This document shows, in pieces, positions 10,400 to 21,198 of a stretch of DNA of 64,000 nucleotides; position 1 is the first letter of the stretch, and the number at the start of each line of letters is the position of its first letter. The translations under genes were made by a program, and so were the position numbers. The notes below the pieces were generated by a model, which was not told the origin of the DNA, ran no database searches, and saw only the letters and a list, made by a program, of their open reading frames with translations. The stretch covers positions 3,355 to 67,354 of the forward strand of contig CACBDG010000007.1 of the NCBI GenBank assembly GCA_902537945.1, given 5' to 3'. The stretch is from an uncultured SAR116 cluster alpha proteobacterium. Its GTDB lineage: Bacteria > Pseudomonadota > Alphaproteobacteria > Puniceispirillales > Marisalimonadaceae.

Positions 10400-11251
10400 T
10401 TAATTTTGATTTAATGCTGTTTCAAACCTATTTATTGAGCCTTTTATAGTTTCTTTCCAATTCTCAGGAAGTTTCTTTATGATAGATAAAAAATTATTAA
10501 AATTTTTGTTTTCAAGCTCTTTTTCTGCAATTGTAATTAATCCTCTAGGGGTGGTGTTGTCTGAAAACTTTCTAAGTTTAAAAAAACCTGCAAAATAATT
10601 TTTCAATCTATTCAAATAGGTTTGTTCACTAAGAACTTCATCGTAATTGGAAGATGAACCAAAGTCTTTTTTTGAGAGAAGTTTTTCTATTATTATTTCA
10701 CCTTCTTTTATAAGTTCTTTTTGAGATTTTTCTATATTTTGTGAAAACTTTCTCGGTTCGTAAGAGTTTTTAACTTGAACAGCATTATTATTTTGTTCTA
10801 TTTCTTTATTTGCTATTTCAGATTTGTTTTCTAAAATTTTAATTTTATTTGAGATTTTATCTAGCTCTTCTTTTATCAATAACAAGGAATTACCTTGATT
10901 TTTAATTTCGAGATTTATTGTTTCGCTTGTATTAAAATCAAGAGTATTAAGCTTATTTTTAAGTAATTCAATTTCTGTATTAATTTCATTAATTTTTATA
11001 TTTTCTGTATCTTTTAAAGCCTCAATCTCGTTGTTTAGTTGAGTGATTTTATTTGACTGTTGTTCAATATGATTTGGCAAATAATATACTGTTAACCAAA
11101 TTAAAATTATTATAAACGAAAATACGGTTATAAACGGTATTAAAAAAATAGGATTTTTAAAAATAATTGTTTTTTGTGTTTCATTTACCGGCTCCATATC
11201 GATGATTGTTTCTTTATCACTCTTAGCTTTATGAGTTTTGGCTTTTATCAT
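10400..11251 (-). CDS. Membrane-anchored coiled-coil protein (mitofilin/alphaMic60-like by synteny)
   Basis: Single TM plus long coiled coil; lies between hemD and hemY as in Alphaproteobacteria. Confidence 0.55.
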   Translation of the reverse strand: MIKAKTHKAKSDKETIIDMEPVNETQKTIIFKNPIFLIPFITVFSFIIILIWLTVYYLPNHIEQQSNKITQLNNEIEALKDTENIKINEINTEIELLKNKLNTLDFNTSETINLEIKNQGNSLLLIKEELDKISNKIKILENKSEIANKEIEQNNNAVQVKNSYEPRKFSQNIEKSQKELIKEGEIIIEKLLSKKDFGSSSNYDEVLSEQTYLNRLKNYFAGFFKLRKFSDNTTPRGLITIAEKELENKNFNNFLSIIKKLPENWKETIKGSINRFETALNQN

Positions 11252-11268
11252 CGTTATGTCCCTGTTTA

Positions 11269-12018
11269 CTAGGATGATTTGATTATATTATCTAAAAATT
11301 CTTTAGTAAAATTTTTCTTGATAATTTTTATATTTCTTAAACCTAAACTCTCTGCTTTTTTAGCAACATTTTCACTATTAACATATAAAGTTGCTTTATT
11401 TTTTACAATGTTGAATAAATTGTGTTTTTCTAAAATTTGTTTTGCAATTGATACATTTCTTGACGAAAATATGACTAAATTTAAAAATTCATATTCAATT
11501 AAATCCGTTTGCAAAGGCTTTGGTAATTCTAAAATTGGATGGGTGCTATAACCTTCGATAATTTCTATTTTTCTGTTGTTATTTAATAAATTTTTTTCAA
11601 GTTCAACACTTCTATTTTTAGCAGCAATCCATAAACCATAATCTTCTTTTTTAGTGTTAATTACAATTAAGTTATGTAAAGATTGAGAACTATTATTTGC
11701 CTGTAAAATATTAGTATAATATAATTTTTTCAATTGATATGTAGTTTCAAATCCTACAGAAAAAATTCTTATATCTTTAGTTAAATTCCCTCTTGTATCT
11801 AAAATTATCTTTTCTAGAAATTTTAATGCTTTAGGACTTGTTATTATTATATAATTAAAATCCTTTTTTGAAATATTTAAGCTTTTAAAATCTTCATATT
11901 TTAATGTTGTTATAGGAAACGCTTTTGAAAAAAACCCATTATCATTTAGATATCGTGAATTCCTTTCAGCATCTTTTTTCTCTCGAAGGACAAAAGTTAT
12001 TGTTTTTAATTTTTTAAT
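11269..12018 (-). CDS. hemD: Uroporphyrinogen-III synthase; probable ATT start
   Basis: Frame stays open 285 nt upstream of the ORF-track start and encodes IIITSPKA and FSVGFET; first usable codon is ATT 7 nt after AGGAG; downstream of hemC. Confidence 0.75.
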   Translation of the reverse strand: MKKLKTITFVLREKKDAERNSRYLNDNGFFSKAFPITTLKYEDFKSLNISKKDFNYIIITSPKALKFLEKIILDTRGNLTKDIRIFSVGFETTYQLKKLYYTNILQANNSSQSLHNLIVINTKKEDYGLWIAAKNRSVELEKNLLNNNRKIEIIEGYSTHPILELPKPLQTDLIEYEFLNLVIFSSRNVSIAKQILEKHNLFNIVKNKATLYVNSENVAKKAESLGLRNIKIIKKNFTKEFLDNIIKSS

Positions 12019-12042
12019 CCATCAACTCCTTTTTTAATGAAG

Positions 12043-12957
12043 TTATTTAAATAAAAAGTCACCGTTAGTTTGAGCTTTAATTTTATTTCCTAACTCTTTA
12101 CCTAACTTAATTGCGTCTTTAATCGATCCTTTAATTTTAGATCTAATTACTTTCGTACCATCTAAAGTTGCAATTGCTCCATACAATATCAATTCTTTAC
12201 TATCGGTAAAATGTGCGCTTGCTGAAATTGGAGATCTACAAGAACCATCTAAAGTTTTTAATAGACTTCTTTCGGCTAAAGTTTCAAAAAAAGTCCTTTC
12301 ATCGTTAATTTTATTTAAGAGCATTTTTAATTGTTTTTGATATTCATCATTACCATTTGTAGTAGATTGAATTGCAATAACCCCTTGAGAAGATGCTGGA
12401 GGAATAATTTCTTTTGGAATTATGTTACCAACGTTAATACTTAACCTATCCAAACCTGCTTTTGCTAATATAATTGCATCATATAATCCAGAGTTTAGCT
12501 TTTCAATTCGAGTTCCAACATTACCTCTAAGAATCTTTATGTTTAAATCAGGTCTATAATATTTAGCAAAAGCAGCTCTTCTTACAGAACTTGTTCCAAC
12601 AATTGCTTTATCTGGCAAATTATCGAGTGAATCATAATTTCCTAACAAGACATCACTTCTATCACCTCTTGGAAGAACAGCTGAGATTTCAGTATTTTTT
12701 GCAATATCTGTTTCCATATCTTTCATTGAGTGAACAGCAATGTCTGCAAATCCATTTAAAATAAAATTCTCTAATTCCTTTATAAAAAGACCTTTACCTC
12801 CAATGTCAGATAAAGATTTAGTTAAAATTTGGTCCCCTGATGTAGTAACTTTAATAGTTTCAGTTTCAACATCTTCTCCAAAATAACTTTTAACAATATC
12901 TACCTGTCGTAAAGCGAGTTCTGATTTTCGAGTAGCAATTCTTATTTTAAGTGTCAT
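12043..12957 (-). CDS. hemC: Hydroxymethylbilane synthase
   Basis: ATRKSELALRQ, GGKGLFIKE, VHSMKD, GTSSVRR, LDGSC. Confidence 0.97.
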   Translation of the reverse strand: MTLKIRIATRKSELALRQVDIVKSYFGEDVETETIKVTTSGDQILTKSLSDIGGKGLFIKELENFILNGFADIAVHSMKDMETDIAKNTEISAVLPRGDRSDVLLGNYDSLDNLPDKAIVGTSSVRRAAFAKYYRPDLNIKILRGNVGTRIEKLNSGLYDAIILAKAGLDRLSINVGNIIPKEIIPPASSQGVIAIQSTTNGNDEYQKQLKMLLNKINDERTFFETLAERSLLKTLDGSCRSPISASAHFTDSKELILYGAIATLDGTKVIRSKIKGSIKDAIKLGKELGNKIKAQTNGDFLFK

Positions 12958-13115
12958 TTTAATTTATTAATCTTTTATATTATCAAGTTATTTATTAATT
13001 CTTGAATATTTCTATACACTTATAGTAAATCGTATAACATACAATATTAATTTATATTGCATTACTAAGTTTTAAATTTAATTTATAGTAAAATTTTAAT
13101 TTAATTAGGAATTTT

Positions 13116-14210
13116 ATGCGTGGTTCTAATGACATAAAGATACTTGGTATTGAAACAAGTTGTGATGATACAGCAATTGGCGTGGTTACTTCAAAAAAAG
13201 ATATTTTGTCTAATGTTGTAATCAATCAAAACTCAAATTTAAATAATTATGGTGGTGTTGTGCCTGAAATAGCAGCTAGAGACCATCTATCTAACTTGGA
13301 TCACGCAATTAATAGAGCATTAGAAGAATCAAAGCTAAATTTAAAAGAAATTGACTTAATTGCAGCCACGGGAGGACCAGGATTAATCGGTGGCGTAATT
13401 GTAGGTACTGTATTTGCTAAATCTTTAGCTATGTCACTTGAAAAACCTTACGTTGCTGTAAATCACTTAGAAGGTCATGCATTAACCGCCCGTTTAACAG
13501 ATAATATTGAATATCCCTATCTTCTGCTTTTAGTTTCTGGAGGACATACTCAAATAATAGCTGTAAAAGAATATGGGAAATATACCAGAATAAGTTCAAC
13601 CTTAGACGATGCAGCTGGAGAAACTTTTGACAAAGCTGCAAAAATACTAGGCATAGGTTTTCCAGGTGGACCCATGATAGAAAAAATGTCTAAAGATGGT
13701 GATCCAACGAGTTTTTATTTACCAAGACCAATGCATAAATCTAATAATCCAAATTTCTCTTTTTCAGGTCTCAAAACAGCTTTTAATCAGATAGCAATGA
13801 AAAACAAATTAAACAAAAAAATAATAAGTGATTTATCAGCAAGCATTCAAAAATCTATAACTGATTGTTTAATTGATAGAACTAGATTAGGAATTACAAA
13901 ATTTAAGGAAATTCTTGGTAACTTGTCTAATACTCAACTTGTAGTTTCAGGGGGAGTTGCTGCAAATTTACATATAAGAGAAGAACTAAAAAAACTATGT
14001 TTAGAAACAGATAGTACTTTTTTTGCGCCTCCATTAAATTTATGCACAGATAATGGTGCAATGATAGCATGGGCAGGCTACGAAAAATATTATAATGAAG
14101 GTGAAAGTAATTTTAATTTCAAGCCAAGACCAAGGTGGCCACTAGATCCCAATGCACATTTAATAAACCCTATACATCAAAATATAGGGAAAAGTGGAGC
14201 AAAAGCATAA
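13116..14210 (+). CDS. tsaD: tRNA N6-threonylcarbamoyltransferase
   Basis: GIETSCDDT, HLEGH, LLVSGGHT, CTDNGAMIA. Confidence 0.97.
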   Translation: MRGSNDIKILGIETSCDDTAIGVVTSKKDILSNVVINQNSNLNNYGGVVPEIAARDHLSNLDHAINRALEESKLNLKEIDLIAATGGPGLIGGVIVGTVFAKSLAMSLEKPYVAVNHLEGHALTARLTDNIEYPYLLLLVSGGHTQIIAVKEYGKYTRISSTLDDAAGETFDKAAKILGIGFPGGPMIEKMSKDGDPTSFYLPRPMHKSNNPNFSFSGLKTAFNQIAMKNKLNKKIISDLSASIQKSITDCLIDRTRLGITKFKEILGNLSNTQLVVSGGVAANLHIREELKKLCLETDSTFFAPPLNLCTDNGAMIAWAGYEKYYNEGESNFNFKPRPRWPLDPNAHLINPIHQNIGKSGAKA

Positions 14211-15194
14211 ATGTCGATTTATTCAAATATATGTTTTTATGGAGGTGGTGCATGGGGGCAAGCATTAGCAATTACACTTTCCACGTTAAATCATAATTCC
14301 ACTATATTAGTATCCAATACGAAACGAGAAACACAAATAAATAATAGTAAATCAGAGAGATTCCCTAATTTAAAATTAAGTCCTTTGATACAAGCAACCA
14401 CAAACAAAGAAAAAGCCATCAAAGGTAGTGATTTAATTTTTATTACCACAGAAAGCAAAAGAGTTTTAATGGCTATCGAAGAAATCTCCTCTTTTTCTAA
14501 AAACAAAATAAATGTAATTATTACTTCAAAAGGTTTTGCAACAAAAAAAGGTGAAACTTTTAATGAAATTGTAGAAAATAGATTTCAAAACATATCACTT
14601 TCTATACTAACCGGACCTACTTTTGCTGATGAAATTGCTAAAAACAAGCCTGCAGCAGCGATAGTGGCTAATAAAAAGATTGAAGTAGCCACTTCTATTT
14701 GCGAATTATTTCACAATTCCAATTTAAGACTTTATCCTAGTAATGATCCAAGTGGGGCATCTATTGCAGGTGCAATAAAAAATATAATTGCTATTGGTGC
14801 TGGTATTGTTGAAGGTTTAGAATTAGGTGATAATGCTAAAGCTGCGCTTATTACTAGAGGTATTTCGGAAACATGCGAATTAATTAAAAAATTAGGTGGG
14901 GATCACGCAACGGCGTTTGGTCTTGCTGGAATTGGAGATATGAGCCTAACATGTAGTGGACCGCATTCTAGAAATATGGCATATGGGATTGATTTAATAA
15001 AAAATAATATTCAGCGTCCCACTCGTCTAGTAGAAGGTTTAAACGCTCTAGATGCTGCCATTTCTTTGTCCAAAGAACTTAATGTAGAGCTGCCAATCGT
15101 GGACGCAATTTATAAAATAATAAACAAAAAATCAGATATAAAAGACATTATAAAAAACTTACTTGCCAGACCAATTAAAAATGAATTCTCATAA
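14211..15194 (+). CDS. gpsA: NAD(P)H-dependent glycerol-3-phosphate dehydrogenase
   Basis: GGGAWG, GPTFADE, GAIKNIIAIGAG, HSRN. Confidence 0.95.
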   Translation: MSIYSNICFYGGGAWGQALAITLSTLNHNSTILVSNTKRETQINNSKSERFPNLKLSPLIQATTNKEKAIKGSDLIFITTESKRVLMAIEEISSFSKNKINVIITSKGFATKKGETFNEIVENRFQNISLSILTGPTFADEIAKNKPAAAIVANKKIEVATSICELFHNSNLRLYPSNDPSGASIAGAIKNIIAIGAGIVEGLELGDNAKAALITRGISETCELIKKLGGDHATAFGLAGIGDMSLTCSGPHSRNMAYGIDLIKNNIQRPTRLVEGLNALDAAISLSKELNVELPIVDAIYKIINKKSDIKDIIKNLLARPIKNEFS

Positions 15195-15228
15195 ATCTAG
15201 TCTCTAAATTAATATACTAAAAAGTTCT

Positions 15229-15609
15229 TCAAGAATTATTTCCTAGTTTTTTTTCTCTATATATAAAATATAAGTTTCTAGCATATATAAATACACCAAC
15301 CGACTGTCCAGCAATGATAACTGGATCTTGTCTCCAAATTGCATATGTTAATAAAACCAGTCCACCTGAAATTGAAAAATACCAGAAAGTTATAGGTATG
15401 ACTGACTTACCTGCATTTTCACTGCTAATCCATTGAATGATAAAACGTGTTGCAAATAATGCCTGCCCTCCAAAACCTATAGTAATCATAATTGCTTCTG
15501 GATGATCTAATAAATAAGGCTCCATAAATGGTAGAATGACAATTATTAACTCATTTAAAAAAATTGCACCTTTTTCTATCTGGGTTGATAAGAATGATAT
15601 AAAATTCAT
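15229..15609 (-). CDS. Lipid-A-disaccharide synthase N-terminal (LAB_N) domain membrane protein
   Basis: GQALFATRFIIQW, FWYFS, DPVIIAGQ, YARNL. Confidence 0.85.
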   Translation of the reverse strand: MNFISFLSTQIEKGAIFLNELIIVILPFMEPYLLDHPEAIMITIGFGGQALFATRFIIQWISSENAGKSVIPITFWYFSISGGLVLLTYAIWRQDPVIIAGQSVGVFIYARNLYFIYREKKLGNNS

Positions 15610-15622
15610 TACAAATTCCTAA

Positions 15623-16354
15623 TTATTTTAAAATCTCTTTAAAGGAAGTATTTTTTGGCATTCTATTTCTTAGCCAGATTACACCTACCACATCAAAAAG
15701 GCCAACTAGGAATCTACCTAAATTAGTATAATTCGAAGTCCCTACTACTCTTTCTCTATGTTTAACATTAAATTTTAAAACCTTGGCACCTTCACGTAAG
15801 GCTAAAGTTGATAAAAATCTATGCATATGGTCAAAATAAGGAAGCCTTAAAAATAATTCTTTATGAAATACTTTTATACCACAACCTGAATCAGGGTGAG
15901 TATCCTTAAGCAAAATAAATCTGCAATACTTTGCAAAAGATGATGCCAATAACCTAGTAATACTATCCTTACGATTTACTCTAACTCCGCCAATTAATAC
16001 TAACTCATCTTTACAGCTCTTGAGTGTATTAATCATTTTGGGAAGATCTGATGGATCATTTTGACCGTCTCCATCCAAAGTTGCTATGAGTGTTGAATTT
16101 GATGCTTTAATACCTGTCCTTAAAGCTGCGGATTGACCTTGACTGATTTCATGACTAATAACTCTTAGTTTTTTGTTATTTTTCATATTACTTTTTAATT
16201 CTAATTCAGTATTATCGTCTGATCCATCATTTACGTATATTATTTCATAATTAAACTTTTTTAATGACTGATGAATTTCACTTACTAGGGTATCAATATT
16301 TCCTGCTTCATTTTTAACAGGAATAACTACAGATATTTCGGTTATTTTGGACAT
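15623..16354 (-). CDS. GT2 polyprenol-phosphate glycosyltransferase
   Basis: VVIPVKNE, NDGSDD, LDGDGQNDP, DSGCGIK, HMHRF. Confidence 0.9.
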   Translation of the reverse strand: MSKITEISVVIPVKNEAGNIDTLVSEIHQSLKKFNYEIIYVNDGSDDNTELELKSNMKNNKKLRVISHEISQGQSAALRTGIKASNSTLIATLDGDGQNDPSDLPKMINTLKSCKDELVLIGGVRVNRKDSITRLLASSFAKYCRFILLKDTHPDSGCGIKVFHKELFLRLPYFDHMHRFLSTLALREGAKVLKFNVKHRERVVGTSNYTNLGRFLVGLFDVVGVIWLRNRMPKNTSFKEILK

Positions 16355-16398
16355 GTTTATTATTACAATAATTGGATATATAAAAACCAATAGCTATT

Positions 16399-18135
16399 TT
16401 AATCAGTTAGGTCAAACAATTGATTTTGAAAAATGTATATTTCTACGTGTCTTCCTTTAGCTATATTAAAACCTTTTACTATAGATATTTCATTTATTTT
16501 TAAATTAAGATCATTTGTTGTTTCAAAGAATTGTTTTAAATCATTTTTTTCTATTAATGCTACATTGTTTTTACCCTCTGCCATAAAAATACCAGCTTCG
16601 TGAGGATTAGATAATATAACATTACCATTTAATAAAAAAACAAGACTTGGTTCATGATAACCTGAAGACGCAACCGCATCAGTCTTAACTTTTTTTAATT
16701 TATTTATGATAGACTTACTTGGATGTAAATAATCTAGTTTAGGTAAAACAAAATTATAATTAATAATATTAAAAATTGATCCAAGAGCAATGATTACCAA
16801 TAAAATATTGTAAAAACTTTTACTAATATCTAGGTATAAAGTTTTGAAATTAAAAATCAAAGTATGGGACAAAATAAAAATTACAATCGCAATTAAGACA
16901 AGCAACATTGTGAAAAATGTTAAAATATAATCGTTTTCAATATTAAACTTATAAGAAATATAAAAAATTCCTACACTTAAAATAATTCCTCCAAAGCTAA
17001 ATAAAATAGAAAAAATATAAGTAATTTTTTGAAGTAATGCACTTTTTATTTTTTTGATATTAGATTTAAACTGCAATAGCCCACCTATTGCTAGAATTGC
17101 AATTGCTGGCAGAACTGGAAGTGGATAATGAAGAAGTTTTGTTGGAATTATTTCGATAATACTCCAAAATGGTAATATCCAACACATTAAAAATTTTATA
17201 ATTATATTAGCTCTATTTTGTAAAATAAATAAAATCAAGCAAGGTAAAAAAGTTGCAATAGGCCATATTGAAATTGATAATGTTAACAAATGAGTTCCTG
17301 GCATCCCACCATGTCCCTCCTGACCACTCTCCAATTTACTAAAAAAATCTTCTTGAAAAGCTTTATGTAAAAACATACCGTTTGTTGCTTCATCAATCGC
17401 CAAAAACCATGGCAGAATAACTAAAGTACATATTAAAAAACCTAACATGGGTCTTAAAGATTTTATCAGACTTATAGATTTCTGAATTATGGAAAAGGCA
17501 ATAACTGTAGGAAATAGTATAGCTATTGAAAGAGGACCTTTTACCAAAACACCAAAAGAAAAAGCTAGCCACACTAATATTGGGTAAAGGTATATTACTT
17601 TGAAAGTATTATCTTGGTCCAAAATTATTTTGAGTAAAAAATATTGCTGAATACAGATTAAACACAAAAGAGTAGCATCCGTTTTGGCAAGGTGGGCTTC
17701 ACCCATAAATACAATTGATGATCCAAATAATAATGTTACGATAAGAGTCTGATAAAGAGGAAAAATCAACCTAGTTATCAAACCAACAAAAACTAGTGTT
17801 ATAATAGAGCTTAATAAAGATGGTATTCTATACGAACCAATATCTTCCTGACCAAATATTTTTGCTGAAAACGCTTGAAGCCAATAAATGCCAATTGGTT
17901 TCTTGGCTCTAATTTCGTCTTGAAAATTAATATTTACATAATCACCACTCTGTATCATTTGACTGCTAGCTTGAGCAAAACGGGCTTCATCCCGGTCTAT
18001 AGGAGGTATTGAGTGTTGGCCAGAGAAAAGAGCTAAAATTATTAAAATAATCAAGGAACCAAAAATTAAATAATTTAATTTTTTTAATTTTTTTAATTTT
18101 TTAAAAATTTCTGAAAATTCTAAAATACTATTCAT
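16399..18135 (-). CDS. ArnT/GT83-like (PMT_2) membrane glycosyltransferase
   Basis: DRDEARFAQAS, KKPIGIYWLQ, AKTDA, KLLHYPLP, GYHEPSLVF. Confidence 0.88.
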   Translation of the reverse strand: MNSILEFSEIFKKLKKLKKLNYLIFGSLIILIILALFSGQHSIPPIDRDEARFAQASSQMIQSGDYVNINFQDEIRAKKPIGIYWLQAFSAKIFGQEDIGSYRIPSLLSSIITLVFVGLITRLIFPLYQTLIVTLLFGSSIVFMGEAHLAKTDATLLCLICIQQYFLLKIILDQDNTFKVIYLYPILVWLAFSFGVLVKGPLSIAILFPTVIAFSIIQKSISLIKSLRPMLGFLICTLVILPWFLAIDEATNGMFLHKAFQEDFFSKLESGQEGHGGMPGTHLLTLSISIWPIATFLPCLILFILQNRANIIIKFLMCWILPFWSIIEIIPTKLLHYPLPVLPAIAILAIGGLLQFKSNIKKIKSALLQKITYIFSILFSFGGIILSVGIFYISYKFNIENDYILTFFTMLLVLIAIVIFILSHTLIFNFKTLYLDISKSFYNILLVIIALGSIFNIINYNFVLPKLDYLHPSKSIINKLKKVKTDAVASSGYHEPSLVFLLNGNVILSNPHEAGIFMAEGKNNVALIEKNDLKQFFETTNDLNLKINEISIVKGFNIAKGRHVEIYIFQNQLFDLTD

Positions 18136-18220
18136 TTCTTTAACTTTTTTATTAATTTAGAAATACCATATTTTGATAGTAATGTTATAATTTTAAATTT
18201 TATTACAAGGTAATTAAATA

Positions 18221-19678
18221 ATGGTATATAATTTTAATGAGTTTCTAAATGGATTTTGCGAAAATAGAAAAATCAAATCAATTCCTCTTTATCTTTTTAA
18301 CGATATAAAAAGTTTCAATTCAACTAAGTTGATATCCGAAAAACAAAAAAAATTTTTAACTACAAGTTTTACACTTGAAACGCAGCATTTTGGATTTTTC
18401 CCAGACAAGGAATTTGGTCTTGGTGGAGCAATTGCTATAATTAAAAAATCTCATGAACCGAAAAAAAGCTTAATTGACCAAGCAGCTAAACTATCACAGA
18501 AACTTCCAAAGAGAAAATGGAGTGTTCAATTTGTTGACAAATTTGAAAACTTTGACAAGTTAAACTTTATTTTAGGATGGGGGTTAGCATTCTATAATTT
18601 TTCCATAAAAAAAATAAACAAAAGTACCTATGAAAAGCAGTCCTTATGCTTATCTCAATGTAAAAAAGAAATTTCAAAAAATTCATTAGAAAAGTGCTTT
18701 TCAGAAATACGAGGTATTTTTCTAACAAGAGATTTGATTAATTTGCCACCAAATATACTAACACCATTAAACTACGAAAAAATAATTAAAAAATTATTTA
18801 AAAAATTTTCTCCTACAATCTTATCATATAAAGACAAACAACTAGAAAAGAATTTTCCCTTAGTAAATTTTGTTGGCAGATCTTCTGAAAACAAACCCGT
18901 GCTTATTGATCTTCAATGGAATAAAAATAACAAAAATAATTATCCTAACATTGTTTTGGTTGGTAAGGGAGTTACTTTTGATAGTGGTGGTTTGGATATA
19001 AAACCTTCCAATAGTATGTTATTAATGAAAAAAGATATGGGTGGTAGTGCAGTAGTTCTAGGAATAGCATATGCATTAATGTCAATAAATTGTTCTGTTA
19101 ATTTAAGAGTAATTTTACCACTTGCTGAGAATGCGGTCTCTGAAAAATCAATGAGACCATTAGATGTTGTTTATTCAAGAAACCAAACACCAGTTGAAAT
19201 TGGCAATACAGACGCGGAAGGCAGATTATTACTCGCAGACTCACTCACATATTGTCAGGAAAGTAAAATAAAAAGTGATTTTATTATAGATTTCGCTACT
19301 TTAACGGGAGCTGCAAGAATAGCTTTAGGTACAGAATTACCAGCATTATTTACAAACAATGATACTTTGGGGGAAGATATTATGAATGAGGGCATAAAAC
19401 AAATTGATCCAATGTGGAGATTGCCTTTATTTAAACCTTATAATAAACAACTTGATAAAAATAATAATGTAATAAGCAGTACAGGATCGTCAGGAACAGG
19501 TGGTGCAATAACTGCAGCATTATTCCTAAATAGATTTATAGATAAAAATACAAATTGGGCACATGTTGATCTTATGGCTTGGAATACTTCATCACGGCCA
19601 GGCTTCCCTATAGGTGGAGAAGCTATGGGATTACGTAGCATAGTGAATATGATTATTAAGTATTGTTCAAAAAGTTAA
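18221..19678 (+). CDS. Leucyl aminopeptidase (peptidase M17)
   Basis: VGKGVTFDSGG, MKKDMGG, NTDAEGRL. Confidence 0.93.
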   Translation: MVYNFNEFLNGFCENRKIKSIPLYLFNDIKSFNSTKLISEKQKKFLTTSFTLETQHFGFFPDKEFGLGGAIAIIKKSHEPKKSLIDQAAKLSQKLPKRKWSVQFVDKFENFDKLNFILGWGLAFYNFSIKKINKSTYEKQSLCLSQCKKEISKNSLEKCFSEIRGIFLTRDLINLPPNILTPLNYEKIIKKLFKKFSPTILSYKDKQLEKNFPLVNFVGRSSENKPVLIDLQWNKNNKNNYPNIVLVGKGVTFDSGGLDIKPSNSMLLMKKDMGGSAVVLGIAYALMSINCSVNLRVILPLAENAVSEKSMRPLDVVYSRNQTPVEIGNTDAEGRLLLADSLTYCQESKIKSDFIIDFATLTGAARIALGTELPALFTNNDTLGEDIMNEGIKQIDPMWRLPLFKPYNKQLDKNNNVISSTGSSGTGGAITAALFLNRFIDKNTNWAHVDLMAWNTSSRPGFPIGGEAMGLRSIVNMIIKYCSKS

Positions 19679-19686
19679 ATTTTAAA

Positions 19687-20478
19687 TTAATTCATATAAT
19701 TAATTGCTGTATCATAAATATTCTTATCTCTTGCAACAATTACAGAGTACTTGCTGAATAAATCATTTTTAAGATTAATTTTTTTAGATTTCCAGTCAGT
19801 TACAATAAGATCTTTTGATTTTAATATAGGTATCAATGGCAAGATATCATATGAAGAAAGACCTTCTTCAACTACTAAATCTAAGCCTCCTTTGAGTACC
19901 AAACAATAATTATGACAATCACCTGACCAAACATGATACTTGGATTTTTTTATCAAAGTTTCATATTTTTGTTTACCAATTTCAGAAAATAAATGTGGTC
20001 CTGTAGAGCCAATTGTTGCTTCAGATATACTTGTGATGGATTTATAATTTTTTTTAAAAGCTGCGTTGTTAAGTAAACATTTATTTTTATAACCAATCCA
20101 TCTTTCATCTAAAGCAGGAAAATCAGCCATGCCAATAATTGGTTCACCTTTAAATGCAAGTGATATTAATGTACCCCATAAAGGCCTTCCAATAACATAG
20201 CTACGAGTACCATCTATTGGATCTATAATCCAAGTATAATCAGAGTTATTTGATGTAAATCCCATCTCTTCAGCAAATATATTATGATTTGGAAATTTAG
20301 CTGATATAATCTCTCTTAATATTTTCTCAGAATTTATATCATAGTCTGTTACAGGACTTCCATCATCTTTAACTTGTAAAGTTAAATTTGAGTTAAAACC
20401 TTCTAAAGTTATAACTTTTGAACGATCAGCTAATAAATTCATAAAATCTGAAATTTCAATAAATTCAGCTTCATTCAT
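19687..20478 (-). CDS. Inositol monophosphatase family protein, HisN-like histidinol-phosphatase
   Basis: SPVT, WIIDPIDGT, PLWGTLI. Confidence 0.8.
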   Translation of the reverse strand: MNEAEFIEISDFMNLLADRSKVITLEGFNSNLTLQVKDDGSPVTDYDINSEKILREIISAKFPNHNIFAEEMGFTSNNSDYTWIIDPIDGTRSYVIGRPLWGTLISLAFKGEPIIGMADFPALDERWIGYKNKCLLNNAAFKKNYKSITSISEATIGSTGPHLFSEIGKQKYETLIKKSKYHVWSGDCHNYCLVLKGGLDLVVEEGLSSYDILPLIPILKSKDLIVTDWKSKKINLKNDLFSKYSVIVARDKNIYDTAINYMN

Positions 20479-20523
20479 AAAAAGGACCTTTTCAAAAGGG
20501 ATTTTTGTTCATTTCTATTTTAT

Positions 20524-21057
20524 CTATGGCAAGGCTACAGGACTATCGCTCTTTGTTCTTAACCAAGCAATTAGATCAGCTCTATCTTTTGTTTTTGATA
20601 AACCTGCATAATTCATTTTAGTGCCTTTATAAAATAGTTTTGGTTTATACAAAAATTTATTCAGCTCTTCGTAAGTCCATTTACCAGATAATGATGCAAG
20701 TGTTTTAGAATATGCATAGTCAGCTTTACCTTGTTCTTTGTTAACGATATTATAAAGGTTAGGCCCAACTTTGTTTACACCTCCAGCCTCAAATCCGTGA
20801 CAAGCAGTGCATTTTTTAGAAATTTTCTGACCACTATCTATATCTGCATTAGCTAAAAGAGCAAGTATAGGTTCAACCACTATTTCTTTAGTTTCTTTTG
20901 ATTTTGTTTCAGCTTTTTCTGGAACTTCGATTGGGTATGCGTTTGAGACTTCTGTATTTGGATTAACAAGTAAATTACCAATTTTTCCAAAAACCATTAT
21001 CAACAAAACACCTGATAATAAAGCTGCTGCTATCTTGTTAAATCTCAATGCATCCAT
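20524..21057 (-). CDS. Membrane-anchored cytochrome c (CycM/cy-like)
   Basis: N-terminal TM, CTACH heme motif, VGPNL, GTKM. Confidence 0.9.
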   Translation of the reverse strand: MDALRFNKIAAALLSGVLLIMVFGKIGNLLVNPNTEVSNAYPIEVPEKAETKSKETKEIVVEPILALLANADIDSGQKISKKCTACHGFEAGGVNKVGPNLYNIVNKEQGKADYAYSKTLASLSGKWTYEELNKFLYKPKLFYKGTKMNYAGLSKTKDRADLIAWLRTKSDSPVALP

Positions 21058-21198
21058 AAATTAACCCACAAAAAAAATTTCAATAAATAATTATTTACAT
21101 GCAAGAAATGCTTTCTTCAAGTATAAAAGTCAAAAAGGGTAATAAATTATTTCCAAGAAACTTTAAATATTATTATAGATGATTCATGGAGCCTAAAA

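Noticed and set aside
15229-18135. ArnT-like/GT2/LAB_N trio as a novel system
   Set aside because: A known lipid A/LPS glycosyl-modification module common in Alphaproteobacteria
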